The notes: generated by a model from the letters alone, not told the origin. A stretch of DNA of 64,000 bases from an uncultured Alphaproteobacteria bacterium (GCA_963763165.1 CAVXNV010000004.1:292652-356651), one strand, 5' to 3'; positions 18,127 to 29,489 are shown, counted from the first letter of the stretch. Numbers and translations are program-made.

Positions 18127-18718
18127 GATGGCGTGGATGCCCCCTTTCGACGCAATCACAATGTGCCAAAGTGATGTGCGTCGAAGCCATCACAGAAGGA
18201 GAGAACATCCATGTCCGACGTTACCATCATCGGCCTTGACCTGGCAAAGCGCGTCTTCCAGCTGCACGGCGCGTGCTGCGACGGGTCTGTCGCATTTCGC
18301 AAGAAGCTGTCCCGGGATCAGCTGCTGGCGTTCCTCGCCATGAAGCCTGCGCGATGGCGCATTGCTGCGGTCGCGAGTTCGAGAAGCTGAGACATGAGGT
18401 CCGCTGAATCCCGCCGATTCATGTGACGCCTTCCGTCAGGCGTCAGAAGAACGATGGGGCAGACGCCGAGGCGATCGTGGAGGCGGCGTTGCGCCCGACC
18501 ATGCGCTTTGTCGCTGTGAAGACGGAGGACCAACAGGGCCGGGGCCTGCTGTTTCAAATGCGGCAGATGTTCGTCGGACAGCGCACGCAGATGATCAACG
18601 CGCTGCGTGGGCATGGTCTGGTTGCGGCGCGAGGGCCTGCTTATCTCAAGCGGCTTGCGGATGTAATTGCAGATGAGGACACACTGCTGCCCGACGAGGT
18701 CCGGGAGTTCGGCCAAAG
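18127..18718 (+). pseudogene. IS110/IS1111-family transposase pseudogene with left end
   Basis: ATG 18211 MSDVTIIGLDLAKRVFQLHG (DEDD N-terminus), then frameshifted KNDGADAEAIVEAALRPTMRFVAVKTEDQQ...RTQMINALRGH; cut off at ~18718. Confidence 0.9.
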
Positions 18719-18856
18719 GGGTGACGTCCCGGGGCGTGGTGTAGCTGGCGGTGGTCAACGGGTTTCCCGGTAGGGTCGGGTTGCGACAATCAGCCTGAAC
18801 CGAGGACGACACCCGATGACCAAACCGATGATGGACCTTCGCGCCCTGGTGAAAAG
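18719..18856 (+). mobile_element. IS256-family left end plus first transposase codons
   Basis: GGTGACGTCCCGGGGCGTGGTGTAG end sequence; ATG 18816 MTKPMMDLRALVK. Confidence 0.75.
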
Positions 18857-18955
18857 TGAACTACCCCCCCCCCGAAATTCGGACACTGACATAAGCTACG
18901 ATTTGCAGTCTGCTGATCTTCAACACGAAGGAGATCAGAGATGTCGCGCCGCCGG
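18857..18955 (+). mobile_element. IS3-family left end remnant
   Basis: TGAACTACCCCC...GAAATTCGGACACTGACATAAGCTACGATTTGCAGTCTGCTG, RBS AAGGAG and ATG 18941; 5'-TG start typical of IS3. Confidence 0.7.
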
Positions 18956-19218
18956 ACCAGTGTTCGATCAGATGTTCCATCAGGGCCTCAAATGTCGTAG
19001 CCTGACGCTCGTCCGTTTGCGCGTCTCCCATGAAGTAAAAGGAAATTTCCGGGCAAGCCGCTTGTAAATAAAAACATGAATCGACTTGGATCGATTTGCT
19101 TTCCTCCGCAGGCAGAGGTCATAGGGTGCTCCATGAATTTCAGGGCAGGGTGCAAGACGCGTGGCACCTCGGGGGCGGGAGCCGGACGGAATTGGGCCAT
19201 CAACAAAGGTGTCGTGTC

Positions 19219-20370
19219 ATGTTGACGAATTCCGATCTGGTCGAACTGACTAGGTTTCGCCGGGGGCTTCACGAACGTCCGGAACTGTCTGGTGAAGAGC
19301 GCGAAACGGCGCGCACCGTTGCCGCCGCTCTGGAATCGCTACCCGCGATCCGCATCTTGCGCGATTTGGGCGGCCATGGTGTTGCCGCCGTCTTCGAGGG
19401 CGCGGACGACGGCCCGACGGTTCTCTTTCGCGCCGAACTCGACGCTCTTCCTATTATTGAGCTTTCCGATCTTCCCTGGCGGTCGCGCCATCCCGGCAAG
19501 GGGCATTTGTGCGGCCATGACGGGCATATGACGATGCTTCTGGCGTTGGGGCGATTGATCGCGCGCAGACCCTTTGCCAGGGGCCGCGTGGTGCTGATGT
19601 TTCAGCCCGCCGAAGAGGATGGCAGCGGCGCGCGGGCGGTCGTCCGCGACCCGGCATTTGGCGAAATCGCGCCGGATTGGGCCTTTGCAATCCACAACCA
19701 GCCGGGGCGCCCCTTTGGGCAGGTGGGGGTGCGGGCGGGCCTCATCAATTGCGCGTCGCAGGGCCTTGAAATCCGGCTGACAGGCAAGACCGCGCACGCC
19801 GCCAACCCGGAGGACGGCACATCGCCTGCGCGTGCCGTCGGCCACCTGATTTCCGCCTTGAGCGATCTGGGGACGGGCGGCGCGCTGGATGATGCGTTCA
19901 GGCTGGTGACGATCACCCATGTCCGCATCGGAGAGCCGTCTTTCGGCGTCTCTCCCGGCGAGGCATTGATTCATGCGACGCTCAGAACCGCGGATGATGG
20001 CGCCATGACGGCCCTTGCCGGGCAGGCCCGAACACTGGCCGCCGAGGCCGCGAAAGGGGCGGGGCTGGAAGTGGCTTTCGCCGTGCGAGACGATTTTGCG
20101 GCCTCGGTGAACGATCCGGATGCCGCGCGCGTGGCCATGGGGGCGCTGGACGCCTTGGGCGTGGCGCACAGCGCCGCAGGTCTGCCGATGCGCGCGTCGG
20201 AGGATTTTGGCGTCTTCGGATGGCACGCGAAAGCGGCGATGCTGCTGCTGGGGTCCGGTGAGCGTCACGCCGCCCTTCACAATCCCGACTACGATTTTCC
20301 GGACGACCTGATCCCCATCGGCGCCGCCATCTTCGACCGGATCGCGCGCGACCTTCTGGGAAGCGGCTGA
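19219..20370 (+). CDS. M20D amidohydrolase
   Basis: HERPELSGEE, FRAELDALP, HLCGHDGH, FQPAEE, ALHNPDYDFPD. Confidence 0.92.
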   Translation: MLTNSDLVELTRFRRGLHERPELSGEERETARTVAAALESLPAIRILRDLGGHGVAAVFEGADDGPTVLFRAELDALPIIELSDLPWRSRHPGKGHLCGHDGHMTMLLALGRLIARRPFARGRVVLMFQPAEEDGSGARAVVRDPAFGEIAPDWAFAIHNQPGRPFGQVGVRAGLINCASQGLEIRLTGKTAHAANPEDGTSPARAVGHLISALSDLGTGGALDDAFRLVTITHVRIGEPSFGVSPGEALIHATLRTADDGAMTALAGQARTLAAEAAKGAGLEVAFAVRDDFAASVNDPDAARVAMGALDALGVAHSAAGLPMRASEDFGVFGWHAKAAMLLLGSGERHAALHNPDYDFPDDLIPIGAAIFDRIARDLLGSG

Positions 20371-20376
20371 AGCGCC

Positions 20377-21778
20377 TCAGGTCGCGCCTTTCGCCCGCGT
20401 CATCGCATCCAGGATGCGCGCCCAGCTGCGCGTGCCCTTGTGAAAGCTCTCGACGTCGTATTTCTCGTTCGGGGAATGGATGGCGTCGTCGTCCTTGCCG
20501 AAGCCGATCAGCATCGCCGTCATACCGAGGATTTCGCCGAAATGGCCGGCAATTGGGATCGAGCCGCCGCAGCCGACATAGGCGGCGTCTTCGCTCCATT
20601 CCTCGGACAGCGCCTTACGCGCCGCCTCGAAGGCGGGGTCGGAGATGTCCATCACCCCGGCGCGGCTGGCGCCGTGGGCGGTGAATTCGGCGCTGCAGTC
20701 CACTGGCAGCGCGGCCTTCACATGGGCGCGGAAGGCGTCGCGGATCGCATCGGGATCCTGTCCCGCGACCAGGCGAAAGCTGATCTTGGCGCTGGCCTGG
20801 CTGGGCAGCACCGTCTTGAACCCGTCGCCGGTATAGCCGCCCCAGATGCCGTTGACCTCGGCCGTGGGGCGCGACCAGATCATTTCCAGCGGCAGGCGCC
20901 CATCCTCGCCCGCGGGCTGGCTGAGGCCGACATCGCCCAGAAACCGCGCATGATCGAAACCCAGACCTTCCCATTGCGCGCGCACCTCGGGCGAAAGGTC
21001 GGGAATGTTGTCGTAAAAGCCGGGCAGGGTGACGCGGCCGGCCTCGTCATGCAGGCTCGCCATTGCCTTGCTCAGCACGCGGATCGGGTTCGCGGCAATG
21101 CCGCCGAAAAATCCCGAATGCAGGTCCTTGTCGGGGCCGGTGATCGTCACCTCCTCGCTGATCATGCCGCGCAGCATGGTGACGATGGCGGGCGTCTTCG
21201 ACTGGAAAAGCCCGGTGTCGCAGATCAGCGCGATGTCGGCGCGCAGCTCGTCCGCGTTGTCCTGCATGAAGGGGACGAGCGAGGGCGATCCCGAACTCCT
21301 CCTCGCCCTCGAAAAAGAACGTGATGCGGCAGGGCAGGGCGCCGTTCACCTCGCGCCATGCGCGGCAGGCCTCGATAAAGGTCATCAGCTGGCCCTTGTC
21401 GTCGCCGCTGCCGCGACCGCGGATGACCTCGCCCTTTGGCGTCTGCTCGATGGCCGGATCGAAGGGATCGCGCGTCCAGAGCGGCAGGGGATCGACCGGC
21501 TGCACGTCGTAATGGCCGTAGAACAGCAGGTGCGGCGCGCCCTCGGGCGCGTCCTCGCCCGCATGGCCGACCACCATGGGGTGTTTGGGCGTCGCACGCT
21601 TATCCGCCGCGATGCCGATACTTTGCAGGTCCGCCACCAGCCAGTCGGCGGCGTCCTGGCACGCGCCGGCATAGGCCGGATCGGTCGAGATGGACGGGAT
21701 GCGCAGGAAGTCCAGCAGGCGTGCGGTGGCGTCGGGCATCTGCGCATCGATGCGGTTGAGGACGGCGGACAGGGACAT
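20377..21778 (-). pseudogene. M20/M25/M40 dipeptidase (ArgE/DapE-like) split by a 1-bp frameshift
   Basis: N-half YGHYDVQP, RGSGDDKGQ, FEGEEE (ORF 21047..21901); C-half DLHSG, GCGGSIP, HSPNE (ORF 20377..21267). Removing one A at 21294-21295 restores EEESGSPSLVPFMQ. Confidence 0.85.
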
Positions 21779-21872
21779 GGGGCACCTCGGTTTGGACGTT
21801 GGGCGCAAATCTAACAGGCCGCGCCGCGCTGTCCAGCCGCCGCTGTCCCTGCGGCGGCGGGAGCGATGCGGA

Positions 21873-21886
21873 TTGATGCACGTCAA
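21873..21886. promoter_or_regulatory. FnrL/FNR box upstream of hemA
   Basis: TTGAT-GCAC-GTCAA (reverse complement TTGAC-N4-ATCAA), 134 nt upstream of hemA. Confidence 0.75.
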
Positions 21887-22019
21887 TGCGCAACGCGGCA
21901 ATTTGTAGCCTGTTGAAAGAAAAGGCCGCCGGTTATATGACTTTGAAAGACCCGAGGGGCGGTGCAGCCATGCCGCCGGGCGCGCGCTTGCGCCGCCGCG
22001 ACCAAGGAAAGGACGCCCG

Positions 22020-23255
22020 TTGAATCATCCGATCGATTACACGGCAAAGCTGGACGAGGCGCTGGACCGCCTGCATGGCGAAGGCCGCTATCGCACCTTC
22101 ATCGATATCGAGCGGCGGCGCGGGCAGTTTCCCCATGCCACGTGGAGGCGGCCCGACGGGGCGGAAAAGGCCATAACCGTCTGGTGCGGCAACGATTACC
22201 TTGGCATGGGCCAGCACCCCGAGGTTCTGGCCGCGATGCACGAAGCCATCGACGCCACCGGCGCCGGATCGGGCGGCACGCGCAACATCTCCGGCACTAC
22301 AGTCTATCACAAGCGTCTGGAGGCAGAACTGGCCGATCTGCACGGCAAGGAGGCGGCGCTGCTGTTCACCAGCGCCTACATCGCCAATGACGCAACGCTG
22401 TCGACCCTGCCAAAGCTGTTTCCGGGCCTCATCATCTATTCCGACGCGCTGAACCATGCGTCGATGATCGAGGGCGTGCGCCGCAATGGCGGCGCCAAGA
22501 GGATCTTTCGCCACAATGACGTGGCGCATCTGCGCGAGCTGATGGCCGCCGACGATCCCGCCGCGCCCAAGCTGGTGGCGTTCGAATCGGTCTATTCGAT
22601 GGACGGCGATTTCGGCCCCATTGAGGCACTCTGCGACGTGGCCGACGAATTCGGCGCACTGACCTATATCGACGAGGTGCATGCGGTGGGCATGTATGGC
22701 CCGCGCGGCGGCGGCGTGACCGAACGCGACCGCCTGGCGCACCGCATCGACATCATCAACGGCACGCTGGCCAAGGCATACGGCGTAATGGGCGGCTATA
22801 TCGCCGCCTCGGCGCGCATGTGCGACGCGGTGCGCAGCTATGCGCCCGGCTTCATCTTCACCACGTCGCTTGCGCCTGCCGTCGCGGCCGGGGCGGCGGC
22901 GAGCGTCGCATTTTTGAAACGCGATCAGAGCCTGCGCAAGCGGCACCAGACGCAGGCGAAGATCCTGAAGCTCCGGCTCAAGGGGCTGGGTCTGCCGCTG
23001 ATCGATCATGGCAGCCATATCGTTCCGGTGATCGTGGGCGATCCGATACATACCAAGAAACTCAGTGACATGCTGCTGGAAAGGCATGGCATCTACGTGC
23101 AGCCGATCAACTTCCCGACGGTGCCGCGGGGCACCGAACGGCTGCGATTCACGCCTTCGCCGGTGCATGGTCCGGGCGAGATTGAAAAGCTTGTCGAGGC
23201 GATGGATGCGCTCTGGAGTCATTGTGCGCTAAATCGCGCCGACATGAGTGCATGA
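22020..23255 (+). CDS. hemA: 5-aminolevulinate synthase
   Basis: [46 protein letters not shown] (PLP Lys); TTG start uncertain. Confidence 0.97.
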   Translation: MNHPIDYTAKLDEALDRLHGEGRYRTFIDIERRRGQFPHATWRRPDGAEKAITVWCGNDYLGMGQHPEVLAAMHEAIDATGAGSGGTRNISGTTVYHKRLEAELADLHGKEAALLFTSAYIANDATLSTLPKLFPGLIIYSDALNHASMIEGVRRNGGAKRIFRHNDVAHLRELMAADDPAAPKLVAFESVYSMDGDFGPIEALCDVADEFGALTYIDEVHAVGMYGPRGGGVTERDRLAHRIDIINGTLAKAYGVMGGYIAASARMCDAVRSYAPGFIFTTSLAPAVAAGAAASVAFLKRDQSLRKRHQTQAKILKLRLKGLGLPLIDHGSHIVPVIVGDPIHTKKLSDMLLERHGIYVQPINFPTVPRGTERLRFTPSPVHGPGEIEKLVEAMDALWSHCALNRADMSA

Positions 23256-23367
23256 CCTGAAGACAGGTGCAATGGCGCTTGCGATATGCTAATTTGCCTG
23301 AAAACAAAAGGCAGGGTCGAATCGCGATTGTTGACCTATGCTTAACGATGATTGAGGGGCAGCTTGC

Positions 23368-24666
23368 ATGAAATTGCGTCGGTTTTCGCGGGGCAGCGCG
23401 ACCACGGAGGCGGAGCCGCGCGGCTTCAACTCTTTCGATCTGCGCCTCGGCGATCTCATGCGCGGCGAGCGGGCCACGATGGGCAAATCGCTTCTGGATG
23501 TCGAGCGTGAGCTGCGCATCAAGGCCAGCTACGTCGCCGCCATCGAGAACGCCGATCCTGATGCCTTCGACACGCCCGGCTTCATCCCCGGCTACGTGCG
23601 CTCCTATGCGCGATACCTGGGCATGGACCCGGACCGCGCCTTTGCCTCCTTCTGCGCCGAAAGCGGATTTTCCACCGCGCACGGCATGTCGGCCGCCGCC
23701 TCTTCGGTGCGGCGCAGTGACGGGCCGGTGCCGCGCCTTGCGGGCAAGGGCGATGCGCGCCTGACGGCGCCCAGCACGCCTTTCATCCCCGCCAAAGAAA
23801 GCCTTCTGTCGCAGATCGAGCCGGGCGCCATCGGCTCTGTCGCCGTGCTGATCGCGCTTATTTCCGCCATCGGCTATGGCGGTTGGAGCGTCCTGAACGA
23901 GGTGCAGCGCGTCCAGGTTCCCCCGGTCGAAAACACCCCCGACGTGCTGGCCGATCTGGACCCGCTGGCCGATGCGCGCGGCAAGGGCGGTGCCGCCTCT
24001 GCCGGGGGCGAGGCGGCGGACGAGGACGCCGACATCGTCGCCAGCGGCGGCTTTGCCGCGCCCGAGGGCGAGACGCTGGACCGGCTCTACCGCCCCGAGG
24101 CGCTGGACGTGCCGGTGCTGGTCGCGCGCGACGGTCCGATCTCGACCCTCGACCCGATGCAGGGCGGCACGCTGGTCGGGGCGGGTCAGGTCATTGCCAG
24201 GACGGCCGAGGCGCCCGAGGCCGAGCCGGGCGCGATCGACGCGGCCATCGCATCGGTCATGGGCGTTCCGACCCCCGCGCCGCAGGTCGTCGCGCCCGCG
24301 CCGACGGGGGTGCAGATGGTCGCCGTGCGCCCCGCCTGGGTGCGCGTGCGCGCCGCCGACGGCAGCGTGATCTATGAAGGGATCATGAATGGCGGCGACA
24401 CCTACGACGTGCCGCTGACCGAGGTGCCGCCGACTCTTCGGGTGGGCGAATCGGGGGCGATCTATTTCAAGGTCGCGGGCCAGCATTATGGCCCCGTCGG
24501 CGCGCGCGGCGCCGTCACCGCCAATCTGGCGCTGGCGCCCGATGGCCTGACGGAGACGCTGAGCGTGGCCGATCTGGCGCAGGATTCCGATCTGGAGCGC
24601 TATGTCGCCGAACTTGAGACGATGGTCGAGCGTCTTCCCGGTGCCCCGCAGCCGGCAGGCGATTGA
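23368..24666 (+). CDS. RodZ-like HTH/DUF4115 membrane protein
   Basis: [42 protein letters not shown]; one TM; C-terminal [12 protein letters not shown]; sits upstream of ispG. Confidence 0.88.
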   Translation: MKLRRFSRGSATTEAEPRGFNSFDLRLGDLMRGERATMGKSLLDVERELRIKASYVAAIENADPDAFDTPGFIPGYVRSYARYLGMDPDRAFASFCAESGFSTAHGMSAAASSVRRSDGPVPRLAGKGDARLTAPSTPFIPAKESLLSQIEPGAIGSVAVLIALISAIGYGGWSVLNEVQRVQVPPVENTPDVLADLDPLADARGKGGAASAGGEAADEDADIVASGGFAAPEGETLDRLYRPEALDVPVLVARDGPISTLDPMQGGTLVGAGQVIARTAEAPEAEPGAIDAAIASVMGVPTPAPQVVAPAPTGVQMVAVRPAWVRVRAADGSVIYEGIMNGGDTYDVPLTEVPPTLRVGESGAIYFKVAGQHYGPVGARGAVTANLALAPDGLTETLSVADLAQDSDLERYVAELETMVERLPGAPQPAGD

Positions 24667-24743
24667 AGCCGGGCGCGGATCGTCCTATCTGTCAGCTGAA
24701 ACGATACCGGCAGGCCGCATCCGCCGGAGGAAGGACCGCCCGA

Positions 24744-25871
24744 ATGTCGCTGAACCCCATCCGTCCCTGGCGCAATATCGAGCGCCGCCAGAGCCGCCAG
24801 ATTCATGTCGGCAGCGTTCCCGTGGGCGGCGGTGCCCCGATCTCGGTGCAGACGATGACCAATACCGCGACGACCGATATCGCCGGAACCATCGCGCAGG
24901 TGCAGGCGGCAGCCGATGCGGGCGCCGACATCGTGCGCGTGTCGGTGCCGGACGAGGCGTCGGCCAAGGCGCTGCGCGAGATCGTCCGCGAAAGCCCGGT
25001 GCCTTTGGTTGCCGACATCCATTTCCACTACAAGCGCGGGATCGAGGCCGCCAAGGCGGGCGCCGCCTGTCTGCGCATCAATCCCGGCAACATCGGCAGC
25101 CCGCAGCGGGTGCGCGACGTCATCCAGGCCGCGCGCGATCATGGCTGCTCGATCCGTATCGGCGTCAATGCCGGCAGCCTTGAGCGGCACCTGCTGGAGA
25201 AATACGGCGAGCCGTGCCCAGACGCGATGGTGGAAAGCGGGCTAGAGCATATCCGCATCCTTCAGGACAACGATTTTCACGAGTTCAAGATCAGCGTGAA
25301 AGCCTCCGACGTCTTCATGGCCGCAGCCGCCTATCAGCAGCTGGCCGAGGCGACCGACGCCCCCATCCATCTGGGCATCACCGAGGCGGGCGGGCGGATC
25401 AGCGGTACGGTGAAATCCGCGATCGGCATGGGCAACCTGCTCTGGGCCGGGATCGGCGACACGATCCGCGTCAGCCTGTCTGCCGATCCGGTGGAAGAGG
25501 TCAGGATGGGCTTCGAGATCCTGAAATCACTGGGTCTGCGGCACCGCGGCGTCAACATCATCAGCTGCCCCAGTTGCGCACGGCAGGGCTTTGACGTGAT
25601 CAAGACGGTCGAAAAGCTGGAAGAGCGGCTGGAGCACATCAAGACGCCCATGAGCCTGTCGATCATCGGCTGCGTCGTGAACGGTCCGGGCGAGGCGCTG
25701 ATGACGGATGTCGGTTTTACCGGCGGGGGCGCGGGGTCGGGCATGGTCTATCTCGCCGGAAAACAGAGCCACAAGATGAGCAACGACCAGATGATCGACC
25801 ACATCGTCGAGCAGGTCGAGAAACGCGCCGCCCGGATCGAGGCAGACGGCGCGCAGGAAGCGGCCGAGTAG
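24744..25871 (+). CDS. ispG: Flavodoxin-dependent HMBPP synthase
   Basis: [48 protein letters not shown]. Confidence 0.98.
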   Translation: MSLNPIRPWRNIERRQSRQIHVGSVPVGGGAPISVQTMTNTATTDIAGTIAQVQAAADAGADIVRVSVPDEASAKALREIVRESPVPLVADIHFHYKRGIEAAKAGAACLRINPGNIGSPQRVRDVIQAARDHGCSIRIGVNAGSLERHLLEKYGEPCPDAMVESGLEHIRILQDNDFHEFKISVKASDVFMAAAAYQQLAEATDAPIHLGITEAGGRISGTVKSAIGMGNLLWAGIGDTIRVSLSADPVEEVRMGFEILKSLGLRHRGVNIISCPSCARQGFDVIKTVEKLEERLEHIKTPMSLSIIGCVVNGPGEALMTDVGFTGGGAGSGMVYLAGKQSHKMSNDQMIDHIVEQVEKRAARIEADGAQEAAE

Positions 25872-25901
25872 CGCCGCCCGGCCGAGGGGCGGCGCGGTGC
25901 G

Positions 25902-26684
25902 TCAGCCCCGGATATCCGCCACGATTTCGCGCATGCCTTCCAGCGGCACGTAGCCGCGCAGCATCCGGTCATCGATGACGAAGGACGGGGTGCCTGTGAT
26001 CTGAAGCGTCTGGCCAAGGGCGCGATTCGCCTCGATCACGTCGCTCACCTCGTCGCTGTCCATATGCGCGGTGATCGCTTCGGCATCCAGATCCAGCGTC
26101 TCCGCCAGCCGGACCAGACCGGCCTGCGACATCTCGCCTTTATAGGTCATCATCGCGTCATGCAGCAACTTGTAGGCATCCGCCCCCAGCACCTGCTGGG
26201 CTGCGATGGCAAAGCGGGCGGCGAGGGTGGATTCGTCGCCCAGGATCGGGAATTCCTTGATGATGACGCGGATGTTTCCATCGCTCTCGATCAGCTCCTC
26301 GACCTCGGGGAAGGCGCGGCGGCAATAGCCGCAGCGGTAATCCATGAACTCGACCAGCGTGACGTCGCCTTCGGGGTTGCCGCCCACCCAGGAGTGGCCG
26401 TCGTCAAAGATGGCCTCGCGGTTGGCGGCGATCAGATCGGTGTCGTTGGCGCTTTGCATTTCCTGCTGGCGCTGCTCCATGACGGCGGCGGCCTCGAAGA
26501 TGACTTCGGGATTCTCCAGCAGATAGCTGCGCACGCGGGCGCCGAACGCGGCCTTTTCAACGTCAGTATATTCAGTGACGGCAACGGGCGCGGGCAGCGG
26601 GGCAGGGTCGGGCGTGACCCACGCGGTCAGCGCGGCGCCGACGACGATTACACCGACACCGGTCAGGATGGCTGTGCGGTTCAT
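25902..26684 (-). CDS. DsbA-family thiol-disulfide oxidoreductase
   Basis: EFMDYRCGYCR CxxC, KEFPILG, ITGTPSF. Confidence 0.92.
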   Translation of the reverse strand: MNRTAILTGVGVIVVGAALTAWVTPDPAPLPAPVAVTEYTDVEKAAFGARVRSYLLENPEVIFEAAAVMEQRQQEMQSANDTDLIAANREAIFDDGHSWVGGNPEGDVTLVEFMDYRCGYCRRAFPEVEELIESDGNIRVIIKEFPILGDESTLAARFAIAAQQVLGADAYKLLHDAMMTYKGEMSQAGLVRLAETLDLDAEAITAHMDSDEVSDVIEANRALGQTLQITGTPSFVIDDRMLRGYVPLEGMREIVADIRG

Positions 26685-26712
26685 GCAGATCACTCCATAT
26701 ATGGTGGCCCGT

Positions 26713-28059
26713 TCATTTCCGGGCGGCTTTGGCGGCAGAAAGCACATCTTGCGCGCGTTGCCAACCGCCCGACCCCTCGGGCAGCAGCCCGGCGGCGCGT
26801 TGCGCGTGGATTTCAGCGTCTTCCAGCCGGCCCGTCATGGCATAGCGTTCGGCGGTGATCAGCGACGCCATGCCCATCTGGTCCGTTTTGGCGTAAGCCA
26901 CCGCCAGATCGCGCATCACCCGCGCGTCGCGCCCGTCGCGGGCGCGCGCCTTTTCCAGCACGTCCAGCGCCTTGCCATATTGCCCCTGAGCCACCAGCGC
27001 CCGCCCGTAGGAGCCAAGGATCAGCGGATGCTCGGGCGCGGCATTCACGGCGCGCGCATAGGCGGCGGTGGCGGCGTCGAACTGTCGGTTTTCCATCAGG
27101 ATCTGGCCGCGCAGCTCGTGATAGAACGCATCCTGCGGACGCAGGGCAATGGCGCGATCCATTTCGGACAGCGCGTTCTTCAGGTTCGACTGCCGATGCA
27201 ACGCGATCGCGGCGCGCATGTGCCCCACATCGGCAAAGCCCGATTCGCCCGCGCGGCTCAGGGTCCATTTCGCGTCGCGGGTGAAGGCCGAAAGCTTGCC
27301 CTTGGCGCGCGCGAACCAGTAGAGATCGGCGTTGCCCGGCGCCATCTTCCCCTTGTAGGCGGCGGTCTGCCGCTCCAGCACGCGCGCCCGGTCAGCGGAC
27401 AGGGGATGCGTGCGCGCATACGGGTCCTGCCGCGCCGCCGACAGCGCCTCCTGCCCGCGAAAGATGTCCATGACCTGAACCGCGCCGCCGGGATCGCGCC
27501 CCGCGCGCACCATGTAGGCGACGCCGGCGCTGTCGGCGCTGCTTTCCTCGGCGCGGGTATGCGCGAAGAACAGCCGCGCGGCGGTGCCCTGCGCCCCCAG
27601 TGCGATTCCCGCCGCCGCCTGCGCGTTGCCCGACGCGGCCCCCGCGGCAGCCGCCAGCGCAAGGCCGAGGCCGGCGGCGGTGCGCGCGTTGCGCATGTTC
27701 TGCGGGCGGCGCACCAGATGGCCGTTGGCGATATGCGCCGCCTCATGCGCGATCACAGATTGCAGCATCTGCGGCGTTTCCATCTTCAGCAGCAGGCCCG
27801 AATGGATGAAGATCGTGTCCCGGTCGACGACGAAGGCATTCAGCGTCCGGTCGTCGATGAGCAGCACGTTCATTCGGCCGGCGTTCAGCCCGGCCTGCTG
27901 AAGGATCGGCGTGGCCAGTTGCATCAGCGCGTATTCGATGTCCGGATCGCGCAGCAGCGCGACCGCCCGCGCCGGCTGCGCCGCGAGGGCGATCAGCGGC
28001 GCGATCATCGTCAGGCAGGCGAATGCCAGGCGTCGCGGAAACGGGAAGATCGGGCGCAT
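26713..28059 (-). CDS. M48-family metalloprotease with TPR repeats (BepA-like)
   Basis: LNAFV, HEAAH (HExxH), RAEESSAD, THPLSADR, C-terminal TPR-like helices. Confidence 0.92.
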   Translation of the reverse strand: MRPIFPFPRRLAFACLTMIAPLIALAAQPARAVALLRDPDIEYALMQLATPILQQAGLNAGRMNVLLIDDRTLNAFVVDRDTIFIHSGLLLKMETPQMLQSVIAHEAAHIANGHLVRRPQNMRNARTAAGLGLALAAAAGAASGNAQAAAGIALGAQGTAARLFFAHTRAEESSADSAGVAYMVRAGRDPGGAVQVMDIFRGQEALSAARQDPYARTHPLSADRARVLERQTAAYKGKMAPGNADLYWFARAKGKLSAFTRDAKWTLSRAGESGFADVGHMRAAIALHRQSNLKNALSEMDRAIALRPQDAFYHELRGQILMENRQFDAATAAYARAVNAAPEHPLILGSYGRALVAQGQYGKALDVLEKARARDGRDARVMRDLAVAYAKTDQMGMASLITAERYAMTGRLEDAEIHAQRAAGLLPEGSGGWQRAQDVLSAAKAARK

Positions 28060-28253
28060 GGATAGCCTTTCGGATCGGTGTGGATGGTGCGCGGGACCAG
28101 ATTACGAACAATCCCGCGCCGTCATCAAGCGGCGCTGCGTCGCTTTCTCGTGATGGCGCGCCCGCAGGGCGGGACAGCGCGCGGCGCGACTGTTATGGTC
28201 GCCGGCGAACCTGTCGGCGCGCCGACCGACCACAACAGACCGGACCGAACAGC

Positions 28254-29489
28254 ATGTTGAGACTGACGATCATTCTGATCGCCGCCCTGATCGCGGGCGG
28301 CGCCGGAACGCAGGCGGGCGCGCAGGAGGGCGGTTTCGGCAGCCTCGCCCGGCTGAGGCCCGAAGCGAGCGCCATAACCGACAAGCGCGGCGAGTTGCTG
28401 GTCAGGCTGGGGCTGAGCCAGGGGGTGCCCTTCCGAATCTTCACCCTCGACGCGCCCGAGCGGCTGGTCGTCGATTTCCGCGAGGTGGACTGGGCCGGCA
28501 CGCTTGGCCCCGAACTGGTGCAGACCGATCTGGTGCGCGCCGCGCGCGTCGGCGGCTTTCGCCCCGGCTGGTCGCGCATGGTGCTGGATCTGGCCGGGCC
28601 GTTCGCGCTGGTCCACGCGGTGCTGAAGACCGGGGCCGGGGATGGCAGCGCCGATCTGGTGCTGACGCTGGCGCATACCTCGCCCGAGGATTTCGCCGCC
28701 GGGGCCGGGGTGCCCGCGCCGCAACCGGGCTGGGATCTGCCGCCGCCCGCCGAATTCGGCGCCGCCGCACCGCGCGCCCCGGATGCGCCGCTGGTCGTGG
28801 TGCTGGACCCTGGCCATGGCGGAATCGATCCCGGCGCCGACGCGGGCGGTGCGGTCGAGAAGGACCTGATGCTGGGCTTCGCGCGCGAGTTGAAGGAGGC
28901 GCTGCTGCGCGCGGGCGATATCGAGGTGGTGCTGACGCGCGAGGATGACAGTTTCGTGTCGCTCGAGCGGCGGATCAGCATCGCCCATGCCGCGCAGGCG
29001 GACCTTTTCCTGTCGCTGCACGCGGATTCGCTGGATGAGGGGATGGCGAGCGGCGCCACCATCTACAAGCTGGGCGCGGACGCCTCGGATGCCGCCAGTG
29101 CCGCGCTGGCCGAGCGGCACGACCGCGCCGACATGCTGGCCGGGTTGGACCTGAGCGGCACAGATGATGTGGTCGCCGATGTCCTGATGGACCTTGCGCG
29201 GATGGAAACGCAGCCGCGCGCCGATCTGCTGGCGCGCGCGCTGCTGGTCGGGCTGAAGGAGGCCGGGCTGCCCGTCAATTCGCGCCCCCTGCGCAGCGCC
29301 AGCTTCTCGGTGCTGAAATCGCCCGACATGCCGTCGATCCTGCTGGAGGTGGGATTCCTGTCGAACGGGCGCGATCTGGACAACCTGACCGATTCCGCAT
29401 GGCGGGGCGACATGGCGCAGGCCATTGCCGACGCCATCGGTGCATGGATCATCGCCGACGCCGCCAATGCGCGGCTGGTGCGCCAGTGA
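28254..29489 (+). CDS. N-acetylmuramoyl-L-alanine amidase with AMIN domain (AmiC-like)
   Basis: RLVVDF AMIN domain; LDPGHGG, SLHAD, LLEVGFLSN. Confidence 0.95.
   Translation: MLRLTIILIAALIAGGAGTQAGAQEGGFGSLARLRPEASAITDKRGELLVRLGLSQGVPFRIFTLDAPERLVVDFREVDWAGTLGPELVQTDLVRAARVGGFRPGWSRMVLDLAGPFALVHAVLKTGAGDGSADLVLTLAHTSPEDFAAGAGVPAPQPGWDLPPPAEFGAAAPRAPDAPLVVVLDPGHGGIDPGADAGGAVEKDLMLGFARELKEALLRAGDIEVVLTREDDSFVSLERRISIAHAAQADLFLSLHADSLDEGMASGATIYKLGADASDAASAALAERHDRADMLAGLDLSGTDDVVADVLMDLARMETQPRADLLARALLVGLKEAGLPVNSRPLRSASFSVLKSPDMPSILLEVGFLSNGRDLDNLTDSAWRGDMAQAIADAIGAWIIADAANARLVRQ

Noticed and set aside
18060-18210. IS110 bridge/seek RNA locus
   Set aside because: The left non-coding end is short and IS1111-like. 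The right end, which would carry the guide RNA, is deleted and the transposase is broken.
7760-18856. True IS256 composite transposon around the MCO operon
   Set aside because: The two IS256 pieces have dissimilar end sequences and no target duplication can be shown.
18864-18873. Poly-C10 tract as a phase-variation switch
   Set aside because: It lies inside an IS3 terminal repeat remnant, not in a functional gene or promoter.
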